Positions 11,946 to 45,800 of a DNA stretch of 64,000 bases are shown piece after piece. Position numbers and translations under genes: made by a program. The notes beneath the pieces were generated by a model, which saw nothing but the letters and a program-made list of their open reading frames with translations, was not told the DNA's origin and made no database searches. The DNA comes from Macrostomum lignano (taxonomy: Eukaryota). Each line of letters opens with the position of its first letter. The stretch's first letter is position 1. The stretch lies in contig NIVC01002564.1 in assembly GCA_002269645.1 (NCBI GenBank), positions 97,306 to 161,305 on the forward strand. The letters run 5' to 3'.

Positions 11946-12532
11946 GCTTCTCTCCTACTTTCTCAATCTCATTCGCAATTTCATAAAGAAATTATGCAAA
12001 GCAATCGAGAACTTTTTCTCAAGCTAAAAACTTTCGACAAATGGCAGTTGTAGTTGATTATTGGTTTTGACATTGATTTTTTTTCCAGTGTATTATAGTG
12101 CAGATATTTTACGGTAATTTCCGAGTAAATATGTGTATGCGAGTGGGAGGTCAACAACGTATAAAGCTGAAAATGAATAACAAATTTATTTACCTATAGC
12201 GTAGGTAGAGACGCATGTAGATTGCATACAATATTAGAACAACAATTAAAAAGTCTATTATTAGAATTATTGTGAACAATATTTTATCGCTCATAGAAGG
12301 GGTTATGGTTAGTTTGATAAAAGTATTTGCAGGGAATATGCCTTAAATTAAACAATGCCAACTTACGTACAATACGCAGGACGAAAGTAATTTGTAATGT
12401 TTTTTTTCAAACTCACCCACCAAAAAACAATAGAATTACACAGCTACGAGCGTATGCAAGGGTGAAAATTACAAGTTTAATATTTTACTCAAATAATTCA
12501 GTAACTCTTAATGCAGTTTTAGTGTTAGCAAA

Positions 12533-28546
<16,014 letters not shown>

Positions 28547-29019
28547 GATGGTTTCTTCCGGTGTTGCTGTCCAAAAAGTAAAATCGAAATTTTTCACCAA
28601 GGAATTCTATGTATATATAGAGGCTTGAGGTCTGACTGCGCTGCTCTCCAAAAGCAACTTAATACTGCTCAGAATGCCTTGAGCAGCGGTTGACAGAGGG
28701 GTTGGGGCCAACTCTGAGACCAATCCGAGTCTAGCCGCCAGCCACCGTCATTGGCTGGGAAGATTCTCTCCCCTAGCAATGCCTCCCCTCCCTTGACGGG
28801 GCAAATACCGCGTACGCGGCAGATGTCGCAAAAAATTGAAACAAGACAGACAAAATCTGCTTGTGTTTTTCTTGAAACACTTTCTTCTACTGCTTTTTTA
28901 TCATATATCCGCTTCGCATATATTGACTTACTGAGCAGTAAGTTCGTTGAGTGAAAGACAAACAGACTAACTGTACGTTATTTAGGGTGTGTCCTAATGC
29001 TGTGTGTGCTGGCCACGTT

Positions 29020-29480
29020 GTGTCTTTCCTAGAATCGATCATTGTGTCTTTCTTAGAATCAGTCATTGTGTCTTTCTTAGAATCGACAATTGTTTCTTTC
29101 TTAGAATCGATCTTATTATTTGTGTCCTTCTTGGAATCAGTCATTGTGCCTTTCTTAGAATTGATCTTTGTGTCTTTCTTATAATTGATCTTTGTGTCTT
29201 TCTTATAATTGATCTTTGTGTCTTTCTTAGAATTGATCTTTGTGTCTTTCTTAGAATTGATCTTTGTGTCTTTCTTATAATTGATCTTTGTGTCTTTCTT
29301 ATAATTGATCTTTGTGTCTTTCTTAGAATTGATCTTTGTGTCTTTCTTAGAATTGATCTTTGTGTCTTTCTTAGAATTGATCTTTGTGTCTTTCTTAGAA
29401 TCATTCATTGTGCCTTTCTTAGAATCATTCATTGTGTCTTTCTTAGAATCATTCATTGTGTCTTTCTTAGAATCAGTCAT
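29020..29480 (+). repeat. 24-bp minisatellite (ttagaattgatctttgtgtctttc)n
   Basis: About 19 units, decaying on both sides. Confidence 0.92.
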
Positions 29481-29813
29481 TGTGTATTTCCTAGAACCGA
29501 TTGTTGTGTTGTTCCAAGACTCGATTTTCATTTCGTTCGTAGAATCGATTTTTATGTCTTTCCTACGCTCGTGGAATCGATTTTGTGTATTTACTTGAAC
29601 TGATTTTTGTGTCTTTCCTAGAATTAATAATTGTTTCTTTCCAGAATTTTTTTACTGCAATCGAATTTTGCGTATTTTCTCAGAATATCGTTTTGTGTCA
29701 TCCTAGAATCGATATTTGTGCCTTTTCTAGAATCGGTCTCTATGTTTTTCCTAGTGCTTGTACTATAATATCGTGTGTTATATTATGTCTCTCAGATTTA
29801 CTTGTGTCTGAGT

Positions 29814-30008
29814 CAGGGGCGGACCCAGGATTTTATCGAGGGGGGGGGCAAGCCTCACGTCTGGTCAGGCCAGAGCTGCAATTAGGGTACCATGATACCA
29901 ATACACCATGATACCAATACAGCATGATACCAATACATCTGAGGATTTTTTTGGCAGAGCTGAGGGGGGGCCATGGCCCCCAATTGGCCCCCCCTCGGTC
30001 CGCCCCTG
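29814..30008. mobile_element. hAT-superfamily MITE, 195 bp
   Basis: 12-bp TIRs caggggcggacc / ggtccgcccctg, with a perfect 8-bp TSD gtctgagt at 29806-29813 and 30009-30016. Confidence 0.9.
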
Positions 30009-30662
30009 GTCTGAGTCTGTCCTAGACCTAGAGTGCCTGTCGTATGTGTTCCATTGTGGGCCTGACACTTTCAGTCACTTTCATAAACTTGTCGTTAGTA
30101 AATATTCGACAAAAAATAGTAGGCATGGTTGAAAGTAAAATTTAATGTCGCACTCTGTTTTCAAGAATGTTTTCAAAATAATCCACGAATTCGTTATTAA
30201 AGCTGAAGAATTCACTTAAGGACAATTGTACAATATATTTATTTCACAATTACTGTATTCGCACTGTCATACAGCTCAATGCATCTCTATAGAACATTTC
30301 AATTTACCCCAATCCAGTAAAACAACGTAAAAAGAGCTTTCAATCGTATGAAGTAGAATATTGAGTACATCTCTTATCACATATTTTATTAAATTATTAC
30401 AGCTCCTGCAATTGTGTAACTCGCTACTAAAAATTTCCCATTAGCTTAGAATTGATACATTTAAACAAAAATTATAAAGATGAAACAAAACAGACAAGCG
30501 GCAGAAAGCAATGAGAAAAGAAAATGTTATTAAATAATTTTTTGTTTGTTATGCCAACAATATACTACTGAAAATAGTTCGGCTTTTTTGTATAGCAGTT
30601 TGTACGCATATTATTGTCGAAAAATGTTTCGTTTTTACGGGTTTGTTTTAGAAAAACTAAAA

Positions 30663-34438
<3,776 letters not shown>

Positions 34439-36221
34439 GGCGGAGTTGGTTGACTGTTTAACTGAAAAGATTAGAAATAATTTTTCCCGCTTAAATTGTT
34501 TTTTTAATATAAAAAATTACATGAGAGCAAGAATTACAAGTTAAAAAGAGATGTCAATATTATAGGCAAAATTACATTTTGAACACTCGTAAAAACAACT
34601 GAAATACTGAAATAAATTTGCTTTAAAGTCTAAAGAATAATAATTACTTAATTTTATCTATATATAATGGCATCGATTTTTTACAAAGTCTAGCATTCTT
34701 TCTAAAGCTGACAATAAAACTGGTAATGTGTAGGACATAAGTACATAAAAGCATGCATGTCTAAAATTGATGTGCTTTTCGTTATACATTTTTAAAGTAC
34801 GAGGTACTTTTAATGTTGTATTAAAGACATTCTGCCAAGCCACCCAAGAAGTAGAAAATACTAAAAACTAAATTAAAAAATATGTCAAAAATAGCTATTT
34901 TAGCATACAAGGACCCTTATAACAATGAAATCAAGGAGGGACTGAAATTATGAGGCAATACCGCAATCATGTAACTGTAGCAGTAAGTAGCTATCAATGA
35001 AATCAATGAAATCCAAATTGATAATATTATCTTTACAATACAAGTGTGTAAATAAATTATGCGACCAGACTAGCATGAAGAATTTTCGAAAAAAAAACTG
35101 CTAGTATGTTAACGCGCAACGAATTTGGGCGTAATTAAGCCCTGCAATTGCAATGCAAACTGAAATATCGATCAGTCATCAGGGGATGTATACCGGTTCG
35201 AACCTTGGCCCTAGTAAAAGAAGTCAAATTCTAAATTAAATGATCATATGGTCGCTAAAGAAAATGAAAGATATGGTTAGTATTTTTAACTTTCCGTTAC
35301 TAGTTGGAAAAGATTGTTTTAATAAACATACTTTACTTTTAAAGATAACAATTTACAACATAGTAAAAATTAAATGATTTTACTTTTGTTAAGCATTATA
35401 AAGCTTCTCTATATTATTTAACTGACAACAATATCGTGAATTTCAATTATCGTGGCTTGATAGAGCTCTACTTTATAGGGCAACGACAACGTCGACAAGT
35501 GATGTAGTGTTTGTGGTATTTACTTGTATTTCAATTTTTCGGTAAACTTTATAAACTGTGGACCAATGGACTGTAGGAACGAAATGTAATGTAGACTTGT
35601 AGTGTATTTTTTAAATATGATTTATGATTATGAGTCTATTTTAATCAACTATGTTTATGACCAGACTGAGCACTTATGACTTGCATAATTTAAGAGATAA
35701 ATTGAGTCTTCTTAGTAATTGTTAGTTTCTGTAAGTTTCTGTAATTGGATTTTAAATACTAGACTATTTGTTTATGTCTTACCTATTTAGTCACATCAAT
35801 TTCTTTTAAGTTGAATATATAGATCTTATGATATTATTAACTATTTATTGATTATTAAGGTCTGTGTTATTCAAGGTCTAGATCACATTTCTTAGAGTTA
35901 ATATTTGAGTCAATCAACTTTGCCAAAATGATGTATAAGGAATGCCAGAATTTATTAATTGCTATTATACTATTCAGCTTTTGCAATATATTTTGTAAAA
36001 CTTTTGATTAAAATAAGTCTTTTAATGAGAAACCTATTGAGCAAAATGAAATTTTAGCTTTTTTTATCTAGAGCAAGTGACTAACTAATATTTTAATAAG
36101 AAAAAATAATATTTTTTGTAATTTGACAACTAGTTGTTCAAATAATAATTAAAGAGTTTCAAAGCAATCCGTAAATTTGCTGTATCAACAGGGCCCCCCA
36201 GTGTCCGCTATTGGCGGCGGA

Positions 36222-39200
36222 ATGACCAGCGGTATGAGCGGCGGTAAACTCGTTTTAAAAGTACAACTCGACGACGATATTCGTCGAATTCCGCTGCTAA
36301 CGGACGAGAGTCTGCTCACTTACGACGAACTGTTGCAAATGCTGCAGCGAGTGTTTCGTCACAAGTGGGTTTATCCTGGCAGTGGCAGTGGCGGAGGCGT
36401 CAGCCAAGACGATTCAACATTGATTAAGTACACGGATGAAGATGGCGATCTGGTTACCATTGCAGACGACTCCGATTTGTCATTCGCTATTAACAGCGCC
36501 TACCTTCGAGCCAGCGGCGGAACTGGAAGCAACAGCGTCCTGCGTTTGCGCGTCTGCCTGCCGGGTAGAGAGGCCGCCGCGGCTGGATTGTTTGCTGGGC
36601 ATCCCGCTGGACTGCGGGCTGTGCAGGTTGGGACGCGTGGATTTAGGGATTTTGGAAATTAGATATTGGGATTTGGGAAATTAGATATTGGGATTTGGGA
36701 AATTAGAGATGGGGGATTTGGGAAATTAGAGATTGGGGATTTGGGAAATTAGAGATTGGGGATTTGGGAAATTAGAGATTGGGGATTTGGGAAATTAGAG
36801 ATTGGGGATTTTGGAAATTAGAGATGGGGGATTTGGGAAATTAGAGATGGGGGATTTGGGAAATTAGAGATGGGGGATTTGGGAAATTAGAGATTGGGGA
36901 TTTCGGAAATTAGAGATGGGAGATTTTGGAAATTAGATATTGGGATTTGGGAAATTAGAGATGGGGGATTTGGGAAATTAGAGATTGGGGATTTGGGAAA
37001 TTAGAGATGGGGGATTTGGGAAATTAGAGATGGGGGATTTGGGAAATTAGAGATTGGGGATTTCGGAAATTAGAGATGGGAGATTTTGGAAATTAGATAT
37101 TGGGATTTGGGAAATTAGAGATGGGGGATTTGGGAAATTAGAGATTGGGGATTTGGGAAATTAGAGATGGGGATTTGGGAAATTAGAGATTGGGGATTTG
37201 GGAAATTAGGGTCGGGATTAGGGAAGTTAGTGTTGGGGATTTGGGAAGTTAGGCGTGGGGATTTGGGATGTTAGAGATTGGGATTTGGGGAATTAGACAC
37301 GGGTATGTAGAAAATTATGGATGGGGATTAGGGAAGTTAGGCGTGGGGATTTGGGATGTTAGAGATTGGGATTTGGGGAATTAGACACGGGTATGTAGAA
37401 AATTATGGATGGGGATTAGGGAAGTTAGAGATTGGGATTTACGAAATTAGGGTTGGGGATTTGGAAAATTACGAGAGATGAGGATCGGGGAGATAAGGGT
37501 CGGGGATTTTGGTGATTCAGAAAATTAGAGATGAGTATTTTTGCGAATAAGGGATGAAGATTTGAAACTTTGGATGGAGTATTATAAAAATCAAGGGCTG
37601 GGAGGATATTGGAATTCCAAATCCCCATTTTCAATTTCTGATTTCCATAAACTATTTCTCAAAATCACATCATCCCCGCCGCATCGCAGGACCTACAGTC
37701 GATTCGGGATCGGGCAGCCGGCGCCTTGGATCAGCTGCAGGCGGCGGCCTCGAGGCTGGCCGTGTCCACCGGAGCTGGAGGAGGCGGTGGACTGCCACCA
37801 CCGATGCAACAGCAGCAGCAGCACATGATGCCGCCGCACATGCAGCACCAGCAGCAGATGCCGCCACACATGCAACAGCAAAACTATCGGTGAGACTCAG
37901 AAATACATTTTTGAGTAGTTCACTGAAGCATCTGAGGGGAGGCAGAGGGAGGAGGTCACGGAAGCATCTGAGGGGGCAGGGAGGTCACTGAAGCATCTGA
38001 GGGGAGGCAGAGGGAGGAGGTCACGGAAGCATCTGAGGGGGCAGAGGAGGTCACGGAAGCATCTGAGGGGAGGCAGAGGGAGGAGGTCACGGAAGCATCT
38101 GAGGGGAGGCAGAGGGAGGAGGTCACTGAAGCATCTGAGGGGAGGCAGAGGAGGTCACTGAAGCATCTGAGGGGAGGCAGAGGAAGGAGGTCACTGAAGC
38201 ATCTGAGGGGAGGCAGAGGAGGAGGTCACGGAAGCATCTGAGGGGGCAGAGGAGGTCACGGAAGCATCTGAGGGGAGGCAGAGGGAGGAGGTCACGGAAG
38301 CATCTGAGGGGAGGCAGAGGGAGGAGGTCACTGAAGCATCTGAGAGGAGGCAGAGGAGGTCACTGAAGCATCTGAGGGGAGGCAGAGGAGGTCACTGAAG
38401 CATCTGAGGGAGGCAGAGGAGGTCACTGAAGCATCTGAGGGGAGGCAGAGGAGGTCACTGAAGCATCTGAGGGAGGCAGAGGAGGTCACTGAAGCATCTG
38501 AGGGGAGGCAGAGGAGGTCACTGAAGCATCTGAGGGGAGGCAGAGGAGGTCACTGAAGCATCTGAGGGGAGGCAGAGGAGGTCACTGAAGCATCTGAGGG
38601 AGGCAGAGGAGGTCACTGAAGCATCTGAGGGAGGCAGAGGAGGTCACTGAAGCATCTGAGGGGAGGCAGAGGAGGTCACTGAAGCATCTGAGGGAGGCAG
38701 AGGAGGTCACTGAAGCATCTGAGGGGAGGCAGAGGAGGTCACTGAAGCATCTGAGGGGAGGCAGAGGGTCACTGAAGCATCTGAGGGGAGGCAGAGGGAG
38801 GAGGTCACTGAAGCATCTGAGGGAGGCAGAGGAGGTCACTGAAGCATCTGAGGGGAGGCAGAGGAGGAGGTCACTGAAGCATCTGAGGGAGGCAGAGGAG
38901 GTCACTGAAGCATCTGAGGGAGGCAGAGGGAGGAGGTCACTGAAGCATCTGAGAGGAGGCAGAGGAGGTCACTGAAGCATCTGAGGGGAGGCAGAGGAGG
39001 TCACTGAAGCATCTGAGGGAGGCAGAGGAGGTCACTGAAGCATCTGAGGGGAGGCAGAGGAGGTCACTGAAGCATCTGAGGGAGGCAGAGGAGGTCACTG
39101 AAGCATCTGAGGGGAGGCAGAGGAGGTCACTGAAGCATCTGAGGGGAGGCAGAGGAGGTCACTGAAGCATCTGAGGGGAGGCAGAGGAGGTCACTGAAGC

Positions 39201-41157
39201 ATCTGAGGGAGGCAGAGGAGGTCACTGAAGCATCTGAGGGAGGCAGAGGAGGTCACTGAAGCATCTGAGGGGAGGCAGAGGAGGTCACTGAAGCATCTGA
39301 GGGAGGCAGAGGAGGTCACTGAAGCATCTGAGGGGTACAAACATCAATTGAAGGATCGTGGAGTCTGTTCAAGCATTCTTTCATTATTATTTCAGCGGCG
39401 GACCTCCGATGGGTCGCGGTGATGGCGGCGGTGGGTTCGACTCTCAAACCACATGCAGCAGCAGCCGCCGGCTCCGCAGTCGATGATGGGCGGCGGCGGC
39501 GGTCCCGGCTCGATGCCGCCGCCAAGGCGGATGTCGCAGAGCTACGGCGCCGATGGCGGCGGACCGCCGTCGTCGTTTCATCAGTCGAGACAGTCGCGTC
39601 AGGCCTCTCCGACCAGGGGCGGCCCGCCTATGATGGGCATGATGGGCGGTGGCGGCGGGCCAAGGGGTCCCATGGGCGGCGGGCCGCAGCAGCAACAGCA
39701 GGTTTGTCATTCTAGATTGTACACGCTTGTTTGTACACGATTCTAGATTGTGTGTACATGATTCTACATTCTGTGTACACGATTCTAGATTGTGTTGTAC
39801 ATGATTCTACATTCTGTGTACACGATTCTAGATTGTGTGTACATGATTCTACATTCTGTGTACACGATTCTAAATTGTGTGTACATGATTCTACATTCTG
39901 TGTACACGATTCTAGATTGTGTGTACATGATTCTACATTCTGTGTACACGATTCTAGATTGTGTGTACATGATTCTACATTCTGTGTACACGATTCTAAA
40001 TTGTGTGTACATGATTCTAACATTTTGTGTACACGATTCTAGATTATGTAATACATGACTCTACATTCTGTGTACACGATTCTAGATTATGTATACATGA
40101 CTCTACATTCTGTGTACACGATTTTAGATTGTGTGTACACGATTCTAGATTGTGTGTACACGATTCTAGATTGTTTGTACACGGTTCTAGATTGTTTGTA
40201 CACGGTTCTAGAATTTATGTACACGGTTCTAGATTGTTTGTACACGATTCTAGAATTTATGTACACGGTTCTAGATTTTACACGGTTCTAAATTGTTCGT
40301 AAAATATTCTAGATTGCGTGTACACGATTCTGGTTTATGTGTACACGACTTTAGGTTATGTGTACACGACTCTAGATTGTTTTGTACACGATTCTAAATC
40401 GTTTGTGCACGATTCTAGATGTTTTGTACACGTCTCTAGATTTTTTAAATGATTCTAGACTTTTGGTTCACGATTGTAGATATTTTGTACACGATTATAA
40501 GTTGTTTGTACACGGCTCTAGATTTTTTTGTAAATAATTATACTCTCTTGTACACGATCTAGATAGTTTGTACACGATTTTAGACTGTTTGTACAGTATT
40601 CTAGAATTTGTGTAACACGATTCTAAATTGTACGCGATTCTAAATTGTTTGTAAAAGATTCTAGATTGCATGTACACGATTCTAGATTGTTTATAAATGT
40701 TTCTAGATTATTTTTATATGATTCTAGTCTTTTGATACACGATTGTAGATTTTGTGTACACAATTATATGTTGTTTGTAAACGATTTTAGATTTTCACAA
40801 CTTCTGTGTACATACTAAAAGAATTTGTGTACATGCGAATAAAATTTGGATTACATACTAATAAATTTTAGTGTACACACCCCCAAAACCTCGCTAACAC
40901 AAAAAATTCTCTCCAGATGTTGGGAGGCGGCGGTGCGGTGAGCTACGGCGGCGGCCCGCAGCAGCGCCGATGGGTGGCGGTGGTCCTGGAGGCGGATTTC
41001 GGGCGGCGGCGGAGGCGGGGCGGCGGCGAGGACCGCCGCACCATCGTCATCATCGATGGGGCCGCACAGTCCGTACAGCGGCGGCGGCGGTGGCGGCGGC
41101 GGCAGCGGCGGGGTGGTGCGGCGGCCCAACCGGAGTCCGCAGCAGAGGCCAATGTGA
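36222..41157 (+). CDS. TFG: TFG (TRK-fused gene): PB1 domain, coiled coil and Gln/Gly/Pro-rich tail; frameshifts in exons 3-4
   Basis: Exons 36222 (or acceptor 36192)-36626, 37690-37889, 39396-39701, 40917-~41157. GKLVLKVQLDDDIRRIP..LTYDELLQMLQRVF..IKYTDEDGDLVTIADDSDLSFAI matches the TFG PB1 domain as recalled. Exon 3 needs +1 nt at ~39447; the frame of the GC-rich last exon is ambiguous. Confidence 0.88.
36645..37460 (+). repeat. 22-23-bp repeat (gggatttgggaaattagagatt)n in TFG intron 1
   Basis: About 30 units. Confidence 0.93.
37915..39335 (+). repeat. 31-35-bp repeat (gaggtcactgaagcatctgaggggaggcagag)n in TFG intron 2
   Basis: About 43 units over 1.4 kb. Confidence 0.96.
39705..40850 (+). 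repeat. 21/42-bp repeat (gtacacgattctagattgtgt..)n in TFG intron 3, starting a few nt after the donor
   Basis: Homogeneous 5' half and degenerate 3' half. Confidence 0.93.
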
Positions 41158-42089
41158 ATTGGGGCTTCACTGATAGCAGGGACAAAGAATCTCAATAACT
41201 TAAACTAATTAGCTGACGTGGCAATCGCCTATTAAACTGAAGTAACAGTTACTCCCGCCGTTTACCCGACGTATTTCTAGACTTTTTTCAGTTATGCTGT
41301 TTTTCTAAAAACCCACTCAGCATAATAATGATAGTATACATTTGCTATTGACTTAATTCCCAATTAGATAAAATAATGCTTTAACCTGCCACTGCTATTT
41401 AGCCACATATTACTACTATCATTATAAGTAGCAACTAAAAATTATTTTAAACTTTGTTTTCATTTCTAGTAATTTTTGCGCTTTGTTTTAGAAGTCCTGT
41501 TATTTAGTTATTTGACTGCGTGTCCGTTTGCTAAACTGCAATACATCATTTATCACGTGCTTCTCGTACTTCAATAATATAATTGAAATCATTTTCTTTC
41601 ATATCCCACGAGTAGCATATAGCATTCCTCAATTAAAATGTGTACTTTTATAATTCCATGGGATCCCACCTTTTCCTAGTCATCGATTTGAAATTTCAGC
41701 ACACACGCAATTTTATGACAATTTTTTGTCCTGTTTTCTTCAATTATTGTGATTTCATTCGAACTTTTGAGTTCAGAGTGTTTTTCACCATTTTTTCTAT
41801 TTTATATATCTATAACTATTGCATTACTCTACTGTTGTGTCATAGTTTATTTGTCTAAACTTTATATCCATTTATAAGCCATAGCTCAGCTGCTATAGAT
41901 TAGTTTATAAACTGATTAACACTATTAATAAACTAAAAATTCTAGTTAAACTTAAACATTCTTAAACAGTTATATTAGCATTGTTTTAAGACAGAATCTT
42001 TTCTGAACTTTTCTTTTGCAATTTCTTAAAATATAAACTATAAAGTACTGTGAGAACCCACCCTAGTTTCTCCTATAGCATAGTTGCTC

Positions 42090-42775
42090 TGAGATCCCAC
42101 TCAATATTTAAATCACACACTAAATCTTGAGATCCCACACGGAATCTTGAGATCCCACACTGAATCTTGAAATCCCACACCGACCCTTGAGACCCCACAC
42201 TGACCCTTTGAGATCCCACACTGACCCTATGAGATCCCACACTAAATCATGAGATCCCACACTGAATCATGAGATCCCATACCGAATCATGAGATCCCAC
42301 ACTAAATCATGAGATCCCACACTGAATCTTGAGATCCCACACTGAATCTTGGTCTCCCACACCGACCCTTGAGACCCCACACCGACCCTTTGAGATCCCA
42401 CACTGAATCTTGATATCCCACACCGACCCTTGAGACCCCACACCGACCCTTTGAGATCCCACACTGAATCTTGATATCCCACACCGACCCTTGAAATCCC
42501 ACACTGAATCGCAGGATCCCACACCGACCCTTCAGACCCCAAACTGACCCTTTGAGATCTCACACTGAATCATGAGATCCCACACTGAATCTTGAGATCC
42601 CACACTGAATCTTGAGATCCCACACCGAGCCTTTGAGATCCCACACCGACCCTTTGAGATCCCACACTGAATCTTGAGATCCCACACTGAATCATGAGAT
42701 CCCACACTGAATCATGAGATCCCACACTGAATCTTGAGATCCCACACTGAATCTTGAGATCCCACACCGAATAAT
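42090..42775 (+). repeat. 20-21-bp repeat (gagatcccacactgaatctt)n between TFG and the Kelch gene
   Basis: About 32 units. Confidence 0.93.
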
Positions 42776-42878
42776 CTGCAAAATCTCTCTTCAGATCCCA
42801 CACAGAATCTTCCAAAATAGAGTTTTAAAGAACCCAAAGTTAATTCCCTATTTCCTTCATTGCACCGCCGCTGAGCAG

Positions 42879-45800
42879 TCTCAGCCGTTGTCGTGGAGTG
42901 CGGTCTTGCTGACCGGTCTGTCCAGTCTCTATGACAGCGCCGAACTGTCAGACGTCTGCCTGATTGCCTCAAGAGATGAGGCAGCATCTGACGAGGCTGA
43001 GAAGGCCGCCAGCTCATCATCGGTTCGCAAATTCCCCGCGCATCGAGCAGTTCTTGCCGCCGCTACGCCCTATTTTCGCGCCCTATTCGCGCCTAGAGCC
43101 AACGGCGCGCCTCTGGCTGCACCCGGCGCCAGCGTTAGATTGCGCGCCGTGGCGCCGGAAGCGCTGGAAATTGTGCTTCGATTTGTGTACACGGGCGAGT
43201 TCGAGTTTTCGCCGGATATTGCGCAAGAGGTAATTCGAAGTGTTTTAACTTTTATTTGCTTCCTGACACTATAGTTGACGTCTTTCTGGCACTATAGCTG
43301 TCTCCTTCCTGACACTAGTTGACGCCTTCCTGACACTATAGTTGTCTCCTTCCTGACACTAGTTGACGCCTTCCTGACACTATAGTTGTCTCCTTCCTGA
43401 CACTAGTTGACGCCTTCCTGACACTATAGTTGTCTCCTTCCTGACACTATAGTGGACGCCTTCCTGACACTATAGTGGACGCCTTCCTGACACTATAGTT
43501 GACTCCTTCCTGACACTATAGTTGGCGCCTTCCTGACACTATAGTTGGCGCCTTCCTGACACTATAGTTGGCGCCTTCCTGACACTATAGTTGGCGCCTT
43601 ACTGACACTATAGTTGGCGCCTTCCTGACACTATAGTTGGCGCCTTCCTGACACTATAGTTGGCGCCTTCCTGACACTATAGTTGACGCCTTCCTGACAC
43701 TATAGTTGGCTCCTTCCTGACCTATAGTTCATGCATCCCTGACACCTGTTTAATTTCCTGATACTGACCTTTATTTATAACCTTTCCCTCAGCTAGTAAG
43801 CTATAATGACAAGCCATATTATTTTTTCAACGCCGCCCTCCAGGTGTACGAAGCCGCCGCCCTCCTCCAGCTCGACTGTCTTCTTGACCGACTTCGCGTC
43901 GGCATGTCGACCTGCATCGGCGCTGAGAACTGCGTGCCGCTGTACCTTCTGGCCGATGCTCACGGCGACTCTCAGCTTAAAGAGGCCGCCTACACTTTCA
44001 TGAGGGCCGAACCGCGACAGCTTGCCGACACAGGAGCTCTTGATGGTGCACCCGACTGGCTGATGGATCGATTGCTGTCTGATGAATGTCTGCGGGTGCA
44101 ATGCGAGACTGACGCACTGTGAGCACCGCTGGCTGTGATTTTGTGCTACTAGCCAGCTCCCAGATCCTCAGTTGCTGGTCCAGCCTCCCAGATCCTCAGT
44201 TTCTGGGCCAGCCTCCCAGATCCTCAGTTGCTGGTCCAGCCTCCCAGATCCTCAGTTTCTGGGCCAGCCTCCCAGATCCTCAGTTGCTGGGCCAGCCTCC
44301 CAGATCCTCAGTTGCTGGGCCAGCCTCCCAGATCCTCAGTTGCTGGGCCAGCCTCCCAGATCCTCAGTTGCTGGGCCAGCCTCCCAGATCCTCAAGCAGC
44401 AAGCCAGCCTCCCAGATCCTCAGTTTCTGGGCCAGCCTTCCACATCCTCAGTTGCTGGGCCAGCCTCCCAGATCCTCAGTTGCTGGGCCAGCCTCCCAGA
44501 TCCTCAGTTGCTGGGCCAGCCTCCCAGATCCTCAAGCAGCAAGCCAGCCTCCCAGATCCTCAGTTTCTGGGCCAGCCTTCCACATCCTCAGTTGCTGGGC
44601 CAGCCTCCCAGATCCTCAGTTGCTGGGCCAGCCTCCCAGATCCTCAGTTGCTGGGCCAGCCTCCCAGATCCTCAAGCAGCAAGCCAGCCTCCCAGATCCT
44701 CAGTTTCTGGGCCAGCCTTCCACATCCTCAGTTGCTGGGCCAGCCTCCCAGATCCTCAGTTGCTGGGCCAGCCTCCCAGATCCTCAAGCAGCAAGCCAGC
44801 CTCCCAGATCCTCAGTTTCTGGGCCAGCCTCCCACATCCTCAGTTGCTGGGCCAGCCTCCCAGATCCTCAGTTGCTGGGCCAGCCTCCCAGATCCACAAG
44901 CAGCAAGCCAGCCTCAAAGCAACTCTCCCGAACGCTCCAGCTATACTTTGGTCCGCTGGGCAGCCGCCGACCCCGATGCTAGACTGATTCCGGCCCGCGA
45001 CAAACTTCGCTGGCACATTCGGTACAACCTGATCAGCTCGGACTTGTCCACCAGCACCAGCACCTCATCATCATCGACGCTCGCCCTGAGAATGGCCGCC
45101 TCAGTCAACGCCAGTCTCGACTGCCTGCTGCAACCCCCGCAGGCGACCAGCTCGATAACAACAACATCGGCAGCTTCGTCGACGCCTCGTCTCGGCAACC
45201 GCAGCCGCCTGCTGTACCTCGGCGGTCGCGGCGGTCGCAGTTGGCGAGACGACGCCGACCTGACAGCCGTTGACGTCATGGACGCCTGGAGCGGCGAATG
45301 GAAGTCCATGGAGTCGCTGCCGTCGCGTCGATGTCTGTTCGCCGCCGCCTCAGCCGACACGGTGTCGAGTCAGGCCGTGTTGATTGTCGGCGGCGAGTCC
45401 GACGGGATGCTGCTGGACGACTGCTGGCTGATGGACCTTCGGGATGCCGCTGGCTGCCGCTGGCTGCCGGGACCGTCACTGCCGGGGCCTCGGGCTGAGC
45501 ACTGCTTGGTGCGGCTCGGCGGCTGCTCAACTGACGGCGGCGCCGGCGGTGGCAGCGTGCTGCTGTTGCTGGGCGGTCTGGGGCAGGCTCACGAGCCGGC
45601 CGTGCTGTGTCTGGAGGGTCCGGACTTTGCCGAGGGGGCCTGGAGACAGGTGGGCTGGCTTGGTGTGCTCACTTCTTCATCTTTTGTTCAGCCGCTCTTT
45701 ATGTACTGCTTTTCATCTGATTTGTAACCATTTTTTCGCCCCTTCATCCGCTCCTTCATCCGCCCCTCATTTGTCCCTTCATCCGCCCCTTCATCCGCCT

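Noticed and set aside
35185-35210. ggttcgaac B-box-like motif (also ~8061) suggesting a tRNA or SINE
   Set aside because: No A-box or cloverleaf stems could be built around it.
44119-44940. PQLLGQPP repeat 'domain' at the start of ORF 44228-45727, and HPP/PSS/FIRP repeat ORFs at 45444-47701
   Set aside because: These are intronic 28-bp and 12-bp arrays; exon phases close without them.
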